Shown here piece after piece: positions 14,445 through 24,730 of a DNA stretch of 64,000 bases. Every line of letters starts with the position of its first letter. Position 1 is the first letter of the stretch. The stretch is taken from NCBI RefSeq assembly GCF_009914755.1, contig NC_060941.1; one strand, written 5' to 3'. This DNA is from the human T2T-CHM13v2.0 reference genome, Homo sapiens. The translations under genes were made by a program, and so were the position numbers. The notes beneath the pieces are model-generated. The model made no database searches, was not told the origin of the DNA, and was given only the letters and a program-made list of their open reading frames with translations.

Positions 14445-14450
14445 AATAAA
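14445..14450 (+). terminator. PDK2 poly(A) signal AATAAA
   Basis: First canonical AATAAA I found after the PDK2 stop; AGTAAA variants lie upstream at 14139 and 14282. Confidence 0.75.
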
Positions 14451-15786
14451 TTGAGAACTGCCTCCCCTTCACATGCAGGTGGGCACCCACTATAGCTACT
14501 GATGGCTTTAAGGATGTGGGTGCCTTCCAACCTCCCATGGCCCTGCCACCAGGCCCAGATGGTGCCAGTGTCCTCATATCTGTTTCCCTCCGAAGCCCCT
14601 CTCCCAGCACAGATAGCAGAGGGGGGATAAGGGCTGAGTCCCAGGTACAGGGTGCTGGCCATAAGCCACAGCCCCTGGGCAGGAATGAGGGAGCCAGCAT
14701 GCATTGGTGCCATCTGTCGCTCTGTCTGGGCAGATGGGAGGAGCTGGAGGGGTTTCCAAGCAGGAGCCCCCAGGCCTCATCGGTAACTCTGACCAGTGTC
14801 CTGGAAGCGGGACTAGCTGCTGACCAGCGCCACACATGAACACTTCCTCCAAGGACATTTCCTAAAAAGGACACATGCTGTCCCCAGGCTGCTGGTAAAC
14901 TCCACCCCCATCCAGGGAGCTGGCCCCAGCCCTCAGTGTGGCCCAGGGAAGCAGAGCTTGCACCGCCTGCCAGTTCTGAGCCCACTGATTCCCTGACAAT
15001 GCCTGGGGCAGATGGGGGAGGGCTGATGAACCTTTCCAATCTCGTAGCTGCCGGGGACCCCCAGGTTTTGCCTCTCTGCCTGGCTGGGGTGAGGGCTGAC
15101 CAGGTCAGCAGCTCCTAGGCCTTGGCTGGTGGAAGTGGTGTCCTCTGTCCCTATCAGTTCCTGTTTGCTCAGCTCCCAAAGAGGACTTAGGTGCCCTCTG
15201 AGGAAGCAGCAGGAAGTGAAGGGAGTCCTGGCTTGGAGAATGGGTCAAAGACCAGGTCTTGAATGGGCCCTGAGAGGCAGACCTGTGTGGTGTCATCTCG
15301 CCCCCTGGGACCCACAGGACAGAGGAGGGGAGAGGGAGAAGGGGATGTTCATCCTCCCCTCTTGAGTCCTGGCAAAGACTGCACTCGCCCCAGGCTGCTT
15401 TCTCTGCGCTCCTGTTGAGGAGTTTGGCTGGGAGTCTACCCTGAGTGCGACTTGCTGCAGCGCCCACTGGCCTCTTGGGGGAGCAGGACAGAGCTCTCCC
15501 ACCACACAGCCCCCTGGAAGAGTGGAGAGGAGCCGCTCCCACATGGGCTCCTGCTGAAATGCCCAGCCCAGCTCTGAGCCCTGGGGCCCGGCCTCAGGGC
15601 CTCTGGCAGGCAAGCAGGCAGGCAGGCCTCCTAGCTCCCCTCCACCCCAGCCCCACGATGGCCTGAGGGCAATGGGACAGCCTGACCCAGGCTCCCAGAC
15701 TTGCCTCAGCCCTGGCCTCTCTGCCCTCTCCCCTTCATCTGCTCCTCCCCCAGGAACTCTGTGCCAAACAAGTCCTCAAAATAGGA

Positions 15787-15792
15787 TTTATT
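15787..15792 (-). terminator. SAMD14 proximal poly(A) signal AATAAA (minus strand)
   Basis: Plus-strand TTTATT about 200 nt after the SAMD14 stop codon. Confidence 0.55.
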
Positions 15793-15994
15793 ACTAGGCC
15801 CTCTCCCTGGGGTCTCCCTTTCTGGGGTCTCTGGGTCTAGACCAAGTGACAGGGTAAGAGAGAGCATGTCCCCCCTGAGAGCGTGGGACCAGGCTAGCCC
15901 AAGTGCAGCGCCCAGGTCCAGCCTCCCTGGTGAGGCCTGTGCCCGCGGAGCCAGTGGCTGCCCCTGCCGGGTGCCAGCGCCTGTGCACCCTCCC

Positions 15995-16150
15995 CTAGCT
16001 CTTCTTGGCCTCCTGCTCTCGGCGCCGGAGCTTCTCCCGCTGCCGCGCAGCCTTCTCCTGGGCCTTGCGCTCCTTCTCGGCAGCTGCTGCCATCTCCTTC
16101 AACTTGCGCTTCACCAGTGCCCGGTCATGAGAGTTGCTGAGCCCCAGGCT
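15995..16150 (-). CDS. SAMD14: SAMD14 last coding exon (SAM helix 5 and coiled tail)
   Basis: tcctccccag|AGCCTG; SLGLSNSHDRALVKRKLKEMAAAAEKERKAQEKAARQREKLRRREQEAKKS*TAG. Confidence 0.95.
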   Translation of the reverse strand, partial: SLGLSNSHDRALVKRKLKEMAAAAEKERKAQEKAARQREKLRRREQEAKKS

Positions 16151-16734
16151 CTGGGGAGGAGTCCGGGGTGAGGGAGAGAGTCCCAGAACCTTCCCAGTCC
16201 TGGCCTCCCACGCCCAGGCTCCTTTTGCCCCAGGTGTACTCTGTGGAGCTCCAAATCCTCCCTGGAGTGGAGCCTCCGCCTCCCACACCGTGACCTGCCC
16301 ATGGATCAGAACCCCCAGAGCAAGAATTTGGAATGAGTGTGGTTGGGAAAGATGAGGGTTGGGGGTATTAGGCGCTTCCTCCTCCTCCCCCACCATTCCT
16401 CCACTCAGTATTTCAGCCTTGGCCCGGACCTGCCCAACCTCCTGAGGCCCAGAGATGGGGAGTCACTTGCCCAAGGTCACACAGTTAGTGCCCAAGGACC
16501 CTCCTCACTTCCAGAGACTTCCTGGGGGCTCTTTTCACCATCCCTGCCCCAAGCAACTCAGCAGAGAGCAGGAGACAGGCCAGGAACCTCCCAGCTTATA
16601 GGTCAGAGGCCACCACCCCCTTCCTACAGCCTCCCCCTGCCCACTATTACCACTAGCCTCTGAGACAGAATCAGACCAAGCTGACCAGGGGGAGATGTGG
16701 CTTCCCATGATACCAGGACACTCATATGCATCAA

Positions 16735-16950
16735 GGGTCATCCTAGAGGGCAAGGTCAGCCTGGAGACCAGGGCTGGAGCTTGAAGGTCACACTGAAGTC
16801 ATGGACTAGAGTTTCAAGTCAAACTAGGGATTCATGCTACAACTCAAAAGATTAGACCAAGGACCTTGCCTAGAGGTCAGAGGTCAGGGTGGTGGCCACA
16901 GATGGAGTGAAAAGGTCAGCCCAGGAGGCTGGGCTGAGGGTCAAAGGTCA
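16735..16950 (+). promoter_or_regulatory. Cluster of nuclear-receptor RGGTCA half-sites with two perfect DR1 elements
   Basis: AGGTCAgAGGTCA at 16874-16886, GGGTCAaAGGTCA at 16938-16950, single half-sites at 16735, 16753, 16785 and 16913. Confidence 0.6.
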
Positions 16951-17025
16951 GGATGAGGGACTTCAAATCCTTGAAAGTCACCTCAAGTAACTGGGCTGGG
17001 TCATGGCCCTTCCACTCTGACCCAC

Positions 17026-17181
17026 CTTTAGTTTGCTTCCGTCCAGCTGCAGCAGCTGCGGCCCGTCTACCTGCCGTGCAGCAAACTCAGCAGCATACTG
17101 TTCCAGGTTGAGGCTCTGCAGCCACTGGCCCACCTGCTGGCTGGTCCAGTGGTGGACAGGGGGGAGGGGTTCATCCAGGAA
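17026..17181 (-). CDS. SAMD14: SAMD14 exon 9 (SAM domain core)
   Basis: tgcccag|TTCCTG...CTAAAG|gtgggt; FLDEPLPPVHHWTSQQVGQWLQSLNLEQYAAEFAARQVDGPQLLQLDGSKLK. Confidence 0.95.
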
Positions 17182-17288
17182 CTGGGCAGAGACCAAGGAG
17201 AGTGAGGGGGAGGCTTGGCCTGTGACCTGAGCACCTTGCAGAGTCAGAGGTCAGGACTCCGTGGGCACCCTGGGCCAGCCTTGCTCAC

Positions 17289-17408
17289 CTCATCTGAAGA
17301 CTGAGACAGCGTGTGGTAGGGGTAAGAACATTTGGCCTCCTGCCAGGGCCCACTGGGGATCTTGGGGCTGCTGCTGGGGGGCGTGGAGTCATCACTCAGA
17401 GTGGATTC
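17289..17408 (-). CDS. SAMD14: SAMD14 exon 8 (120 nt)
   Basis: ttctgtctag|GAATCC...GATGAG|gtgagc; ESTLSDDSTPPSSSPKIPSGPWQEAKCSYPYHTLSQSSDE; not captured by the ORF track. Confidence 0.92.
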
Positions 17409-17458
17409 CTAGACAGAAAAAGGTGCATGCCACTGAGGAGAGTTCACCCCCAACCCAC

Positions 17459-17542
17459 CATCCCTATCTGGGTGGAGCCGAAGTCCTGGACTAGGCACCA
17501 GGAGTTGCTCAGTGCCTCCTGTGCATGAGCCAGGAGCTGGGC
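17459..17542 (-). CDS. SAMD14: SAMD14 alternative in-frame cassette exon (84 nt, 28 aa)
   Basis: gtgtgcag|GCCCAG...GGGATG|gtgggt; phase 0-0; AQLLAHAQEALSNSWCLVQDFGSTQIGM; inclusion gives 445 aa, matching my recollection of a longer annotated isoform. Confidence 0.7.
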
Positions 17543-18665
17543 CTGCACACAGGACCTGATAACTCATGTCAGGCATCAGGACCTGAAGCCTTTGGGAGAG
17601 CAGGCAGCCATCTGGAGGACATGGGGCTAGAACCAAGCCAGGTTAGTAGGAATGGAGGCGGTCTCAGGCAAGGTGTCACTTCCTACAGGCAGACCACCGA
17701 GATTCCCCCAGGCTGGGTCAGGTGTCTCTGCTATGCGCCTCCCGCCTGGCCTTAGTACCCCAGCTAATAAGTGCCTGATTAGAGGTCTTTATCCTCACTG
17801 GACTGTGAGCTCTAGGAGGGCCTGGGTTGTATCTTGTTCATCATGGTGTCCCAGTGACCAGCATAAGGGAAGGAAGAAAGAGAAGGAGGAAAGAAGGAAG
17901 TTCCAGGTCCGAAGGGATTCTTTCTTCCCAGAATTCCCAGCTTCTGATTTTCTCCTCTGCCCAGCTGCACGTAAGAAACAGAACCGTAGAACAAGTACTG
18001 GGCTGGGGGTTGTAGAGCTTGGCACCTATATCTGTGCCAGTCTGTGGGCAAGCCCCTTCTCTCTGGGCCTTCCTTTGCTCATCTGTACAATGGAGATGAG
18101 CATGCCTTCCCTCCCTACTTCACCGAGCCTTTGTGAGAGTAAAGCAGAAACGCATTTGGGGCTTTGTAAACTGTAGAGGGCGCTCTGAACATAAGCAGTT
18201 GCTCATCATTGCTTCTCTTACTCGTCTCACATCACATAGGGTTGTAAGCTTTCAGACCACTAGGTTGGGGTCCTGTTTGTCTCTATATCCCCCAGGCCTC
18301 ACCCTACCAAGCAGGTGGCCCAGCTCCTCACACAGGAGTGGGGTTAGAACTTAACCAGGCAGAAGAGTTAGCAGGAATGAAGGAAGTCTCCAGCTGGGTG
18401 AACAGTAGGGAATCAGTGTTTAGTGATTTGTTGAATGCATGAAGCATTGACTGAATCAAGGAATGAACTACTCAGAATATGAAGGAGTGGAAGAGTGAAC
18501 GAATGAATTCAGAGAATGCATGAAGTAACGGATCACTGCATGGCTCCATGGATGGACAAATTGATTCCAGGAATGTCTGAATCCCAGCCTGAGCCAAGGT
18601 GAAGTACGCCCTCATGTCACCTGAGACTGGGGGCCAGTTTGGGGACAAGAAAGGCATGGACTTAC

Positions 18666-18825
18666 CTGGGAAGCTGACTTCTTAGGGCTGAAGCCCTCGT
18701 GTTTAGGGGAGCAGGTGGGGGAGGTGGTGCTACCCGAGGATGCTGAGCCCTTGCCGCTGTCCGTGAACCAGGAAAAAGGCAGGAACGGGGAGCCCCCTGA
18801 CCTGCCGGACCCCTCCACTGACTCC
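18666..18825 (-). CDS. SAMD14: SAMD14 exon 7 (160 nt)
   Basis: ctctgcag|GGAGTC...TCCCAG|gtaagt; ESVEGSGRSGGSPFLPFSWFTDSGKGS...KKSASQ. Confidence 0.93.
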
Positions 18826-18931
18826 CTGCAGAGAGAGTGTCCAGCATGGGTGTGGGTACAGAGGGGAGGACCAGAGCACATGGGGAGCCAGGGGCGGGAG
18901 CTGTGGGTGGGCCGCCATGGGCACCTCTCAC

Positions 18932-19006
18932 CTGCTGCCCATGGACAGTCGGTTGCTGCCTTTCTCCTTCCGGCTCTTGCCCGTGGATGCTCGGCGCAGG
19001 GTGACC
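18932..19006 (-). CDS. SAMD14: SAMD14 exon 6 (75 nt)
   Basis: ccccacag|GGTCAC...CAGCAG|gtgaga; VTLRRASTGKSRKEKGSNRLSMGSR. Confidence 0.92.
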
Positions 19007-19104
19007 CTGTGGGGAGGCAGCAGGAAGTGGGGCAGGGCTGCCCACTGTGCTACCCCTTACCCCAGCAGCTCCAAGCCCTGCGATCTAGCCCCGCCTCCAC
19101 TCAC

Positions 19105-19192
19105 CCCAGGTCCAGGAACTTTCGGCGAGTCTTCTTATCGAGGCCGATGGTGGGGCTGGCGGGCTCAGGAGGACTGGCGTCACGGCTGTCAT
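19105..19192 (-). CDS. SAMD14: SAMD14 exon 5 (88 nt)
   Basis: ccctggaaag|ATGACA...CCTGGG|gtgagt; DDSRDASPPEPASPTIGLDKKTRRKFLDLG; weak AAG acceptor. Confidence 0.88.
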
Positions 19193-19427
19193 CTTTCCAG
19201 GGAGAGAAGGAAGGAAACTGCCTGTTTGCTGCCCTGCCTGCCTCCTTCGGCTGCCAGTGTGGGGTGGTAGAAATTCTCTTGACTTAGAATCAGGCATCCT
19301 GGCTCTGGTGGCCTTCACTAGCTGGGTGTCCTAGGATAAGCCACTTTACCTCTCTGGCCTTCCTCCATTTTAAATATGGGGATAATAACATCTACCTGCT
19401 TCATGGGACCTAATGGGATGCTTATGA

Positions 19428-19822
<395 letters not shown>

Positions 19823-19984
19823 TAACCAACCTTCCAAACTTGGCTCAAATGTCATTTCCAGGATGTTCCTAGCCAGGCCAAGCATCCTGGTGTATGCTCT
19901 CCCGCCATGCTGCCGCACACATTTCCCAAATAGCACTTGTTATAGTTTATAACTAGACATTTAGTTAAGGGATGATTTGATTGG

Positions 19985-20249
19985 GTTTTTGTTTTGTTTT
20001 GTTTTTGAGGCAAGGAGTGATCATAGCTCACTGCAGCTCAAAACTCCCGGGTTCAAGCTATCCTCCCGCCTCAGCCTTCCAAGTAGCTGGTTCTACAGGT
20101 GCATACCACGCGGGGCTAATTTTTTAATTTTTTCTGGAGACGGTCTCGCTATGTTGCCCAGGCTGGTCTCGAACTCCTGGGCTCAAGCGATCCTCCATCT
20201 CGGCCTCCCAAGGTGTTGGGATTACAGGCGTGAGCCGCCAGCCAGGCCT
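19985..20249 (-). mobile_element. AluJ-like, partly deleted
   Basis: gatcatagctcactgcagc, gggctcaagcgatcctcc. Confidence 0.8.
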
Positions 20250-20359
20250 GATTTGATTGTTTCTCCACTAAACCACTATGATGATAAAGACTGCATGTGT
20301 TTGCTCACCTGGGTGTCCCAGAGCCCACAGGATCTGGCACTTAGTAGGCGCTCGGTAAA

Positions 20360-20830
20360 GAATGAGTGAGCGGCGGCGTTTACTCTTCACCTCCCCCAGC
20401 CACCCTGCTCAGCTGCCCCTTCCGCGGCTGCGGTGCGCGCCGGGACCGGGAGGGCTGCTGCGCCCGGGAGCGACCAGCAGGAGGTGCGGCGCTGGCCGCC
20501 TCTCACCTTCGCTGTGCGGCTCTGCGCGCGGGTGGCGGCGCACGAAGCTGGGGGAGCTGTCGGAGGAGGGCGCGGAGCGCGGCGGAGAGCAGGAGGCGGC
20601 GGCCAGGCCCTCGTGCGACGCAGCGTTGTGCAGGGGCCGGTAGCGTGTGAGCGGCGAGGGCGGCGGCTCGTCCTCGTCCAGGCTGCGCCGCAACCCCGGA
20701 GGATCCAGGCAGAAAGAGCCCCCGGCCGGGGACCCCGGGCCTGAGTGCAAAGGCGAGCGCAGCCGGTGCAGGGGGCTCCCGCAGCCATCGGTCACCTGGA
20801 CGAGGGGGCAGCCGCTCACCGAGAACCCTC
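20360..20830. promoter_or_regulatory. Intragenic CpG island over SAMD14 exon 4
   Basis: Dense CpG extending into both flanking introns. Confidence 0.75.
20507..20795 (-). CDS. SAMD14: SAMD14 exon 4 (289 nt, lies in an intragenic CpG island)
   Basis: tcgtccag|GTGACC...GCGAAG|gtgaga; VTDGCGSPLHRLRSP...RAEPHSE. Confidence 0.93.
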
Positions 20831-21260
20831 CTCCTCCCTTCCCGGAGGAGCTGGGAGACTTTCACCCTGTAAACTGCGGGCCCTGAGGGTCCTTCCGGGG
20901 CCTAGAGGGAGGGTTTCCTCATGCCTTAGGCAGCGGGGTGGCTGGAGAGTGAGAGGTGGGAAACAGGAACTTTGAGTCACACAGGCTGGGGCTGAATTCC
21001 CCCTCCTTCACTTACTGTGACTTTGCTCCTGGACCTCTCAGGGCCTCAGTTTCCTCAGCTGTAAAATGGGGCTAATAATATCTTCTTTACACAGGATTAA
21101 ATGAGCCAGAAGTGAACTGCAGCTAACACTTGGCAGCATTACTAGGTCAGGAGTCTGGGGATGTGGTTTCCCTGGAAGAGCACTCTGGAGAGATTATCCA
21201 GGGGTGGGAGGAGAGGGAGGGGTGGGAGGGTGTATATGTGTTTTCCTAACTTGCCCCAAC

Positions 21261-21427
21261 CTTGCCTCCGGGCCCATCCGAGCCTTCACCATCCTCCGCG
21301 GAGCTGGCACTGTCCCGAAGCCTGGAGCGGGATGGCCGGTGTCTCCGGCCCTTGGCCAACAGTTGGGCCCGGGCCTTGTGTAAACTGCTGTCCAGTCTGG
21401 CCGTCTCTGGCACAGCCAAGTCCAGGT
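21261..21427 (-). CDS. SAMD14: SAMD14 exon 3 (167 nt)
   Basis: ttcgcag|ACCTGG...GGCAAG|gttggg; DLDLAVPETARLDSSLHKARAQLLAKGRRHRPSRSRLRDSASSAEDGEGSDGPGGK. Confidence 0.92.
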
Positions 21428-22559
21428 CTGCGAACCGGGGGAGGGGAGCAGAGACCAGACACATGAGAGGTGACGGCAAGCCCAGAGGCCCACCTCAGGG
21501 GCCACCTGCACCCACACCCCAGGCATTCAACCCGTGTTCTTGAGTGCTGGGAGTACAGACAGATGAAAAACAGGGTGTCTCCCCGTCTCAGGTGGGAGTG
21601 GGCGGGTGTGCAGGGGAAGCAGAAATGCCGGCGCTAAAATACAGCGCCGGGTGATGAACCCTCCTGTAGACACGGAGGAACGGCAGCCCTGTTTGGATGC
21701 ATCAGAGGAGGAAACACCAAAGCTGGGTTTTAAGGTCTGGGTAGGAGTCTGTAAGAGATGAGGTGGGCAAAACAGGTATATGCAATGCTAGGAAGTAGGG
21801 AAACAAGGGTGGTACCTCCAGGGACAGTTGGAGGGTAGCTTTGTGGAGAGAAGGGTTGAGGGATGAGGCTGGAGAGATGATGGAAATAATGGCCACCATT
21901 TAAGAAACACTTACTACACACCAGACAGTGTACATACATCATCTCTCACTCAAAACAACCCGGTGGGGTTAGGACAGTTACTATGCATACTTTACAGCTG
22001 AGCAAACTAAAACTCAGAGAGGTTAAGTCACTTGACTAAAGCCACCAGCTAGCAATGGTCCAGGATTTGAGCCTGGCTAGGCTGGCTCTAGAGACTGGCC
22101 CTACTGGGGACACTGGCTTGCTGTGCCACGCGCAGGGTCTCACTCAGAGATAGCACTGCTGAGCATCTAGAGGGCTTGCAGTTGGAGTGGAGCAAAGGGA
22201 CACCCCCAGAATCCACTGGCAGTGGCAGGAAGGAAAGCCCCATAGTCCCCGAAACCTCTCTTCTGTCCTGGGTCTGTGGCCCTGTGCTAGATCTTGCATG
22301 AGGACATGGAGGAAGAGTGGGCAGACCCAGTGGGTCCAGCGTTAAAGTCCTTATTGCTCATAGCTCCACTTGTCACGTGCTGCACCTCGGAATGAAGCCC
22401 TCATGCTGTACCAGTGCTGAGCTTGGCACTGGGGTCTCCAAACAGAAAGAGTCTTCCCAGGCTTCAAGATGGGTCAAGACTTTTCCTCCCCACTCCACCC
22501 AGCATGATCTCAGGGGCCCTATTCTGTCACTCATGCCCACCCTGCCTTGTCTGCTCCTG

Positions 22560-24185
22560 TTTCGTTCTGTAGACAACCCCTAAGCCACCCCAGTTGCTCT
22601 CCTGGCTTAACTACCACCTATTTCTATTTCCAGCCTTGACACCCTCCCCTGAATTCTGAGTGTGGGCACTCAGGCACCTGCCAAGGAAGTTACCACGTCA
22701 AAGACCCCAAGGTGTCTCAAGCTCAACTCATCAAAATGAACCGATCATGTAACCTCAAACCAGCTTCTACTCTCTTCCTTGACTCAGTGAAAAGCCCCCT
22801 TGTCCACCCAAGTCGCCCGAGTCAGACAGCCCTAAGCTACCCTTCTTCTCTCTCAGCCCCAGACCCAGTTGGTAATTCATGTCCAACTGTCTAGTTGACA
22901 CCTCCACTTTGATGTCCACCAGGGGTCTTCAGCCTACAGGTGCTGCAATCTCCTGATCTCTCCCACCCCAGAGCTGCTCCTCCCAGTCTTGGTGAACAGT
23001 AGCTCCATTCTTCTAGTTGCTCAGCTGAACCCCTGGAGTCATTCTTCACTGCTTTCCCTACCATCCTACAAACGGATTCATCCACAATTCCTGTTAGCTC
23101 TACTTTCAAAAAATAGCTAGACATACTGAAATATTTACGGTGAAGGGATATGATGTTTTGGACTAGGTTCCACATAATCCAGGGCAATAGGGGGAGGGCG
23201 TGGATGGGATAGATATGAAACTAGACTGGCTATGACTAGGTCATTGTTGAGGCTGGGTAATGAGTTCTTGAGTGCATGATAGACTACACTTTGCTGTAAT
23301 CTCTAATTTTGAATCTGTTTGAGATTTTCCTTAATAAATTATTGTTTGTGTATGCGAATGTATACACATACTCCTATACATGCGTACATATGGAGAGAAA
23401 GGGAGGAGAGCAGAGGAAGGGAGAGGAGAGGAGAGGAAAGAAAAAGAGGGGAGAGGATGGGAGGAAAGGGAGGGAAGTGAGAGGGAGAATTCACAGTCTC
23501 TTAGACCAGAAGGTCTAAACTGCCATCATCTTTTAGCCTGGATTATTACAAACAGCCTCCTAGCTGGTCTTCCTTCCGTCTCCCTTTCCCATCTAGTCTA
23601 TTTTCAACACAGCAGCCAGAGTGATCCTGATCAAACGTGTCAGTTTATATCACTCCCCTGTTCAGAACCCTCCAGTGACTTCCATCTTATGCAGATTAAG
23701 AGTCAAAGTTCTCCCAGTGGCCTTCCAGAGTCAGCCTATGCTCCCTTGCCTGTCTGAGCACTACTCCTGTCCCTCCACTCCAACCATCCTGGCCGCCTGG
23801 CTCATCCTCACACAAGCCAGCCTGCATTGCAGGGCCTTTGCACCTCCTCTGCCCTTTTTCTGCAAGGCTCTTTCCACAGATTTCTGCGTGGTTCTCTCCC
23901 TCACTTCCTTCAAGTCTTCGCTTAAATGCTTTCTCTCACTGAGGCCTTCCCTGACCACCCAATTTATAATAGCCCCCCCACTCCAAAACTCCACTCCTGT
24001 TTTTTTCCTATATCATTTCTCATTCTCTGGCATGCTATATATTTTGCTTATATCATTTATGGTCTTTCTCCACCCATTAGAATGTCAGCTCCATGAGGAC
24101 AGGTTTCTGCTTTGTTCACTGCTCTACCACAGGCAGAGAACAGTGCCTGGCACACAGTAGGTGCTTAGCACACCCTTTTAATGAA
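22560..24185. mobile_element. L2 fragments with an interposed L1 3'-end fragment and a purine tract (23390-23490)
   Basis: acagcctcctagctggtcttcc, cagcagccagagtgatc, tagaatgtcagctccatgagg...gtgcctggcacacagtaggtgct. Confidence 0.6.
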
Positions 24186-24280
24186 AGAAAAATGTTCTGT
24201 TGATTGGCCTCCTCACACCCATGGAACCTGGGCTCTCCTCTCCTCTGGACCGAACTGCCTTAGCTCAGGCCTTCACCTGA

Positions 24281-24730
<450 letters not shown>

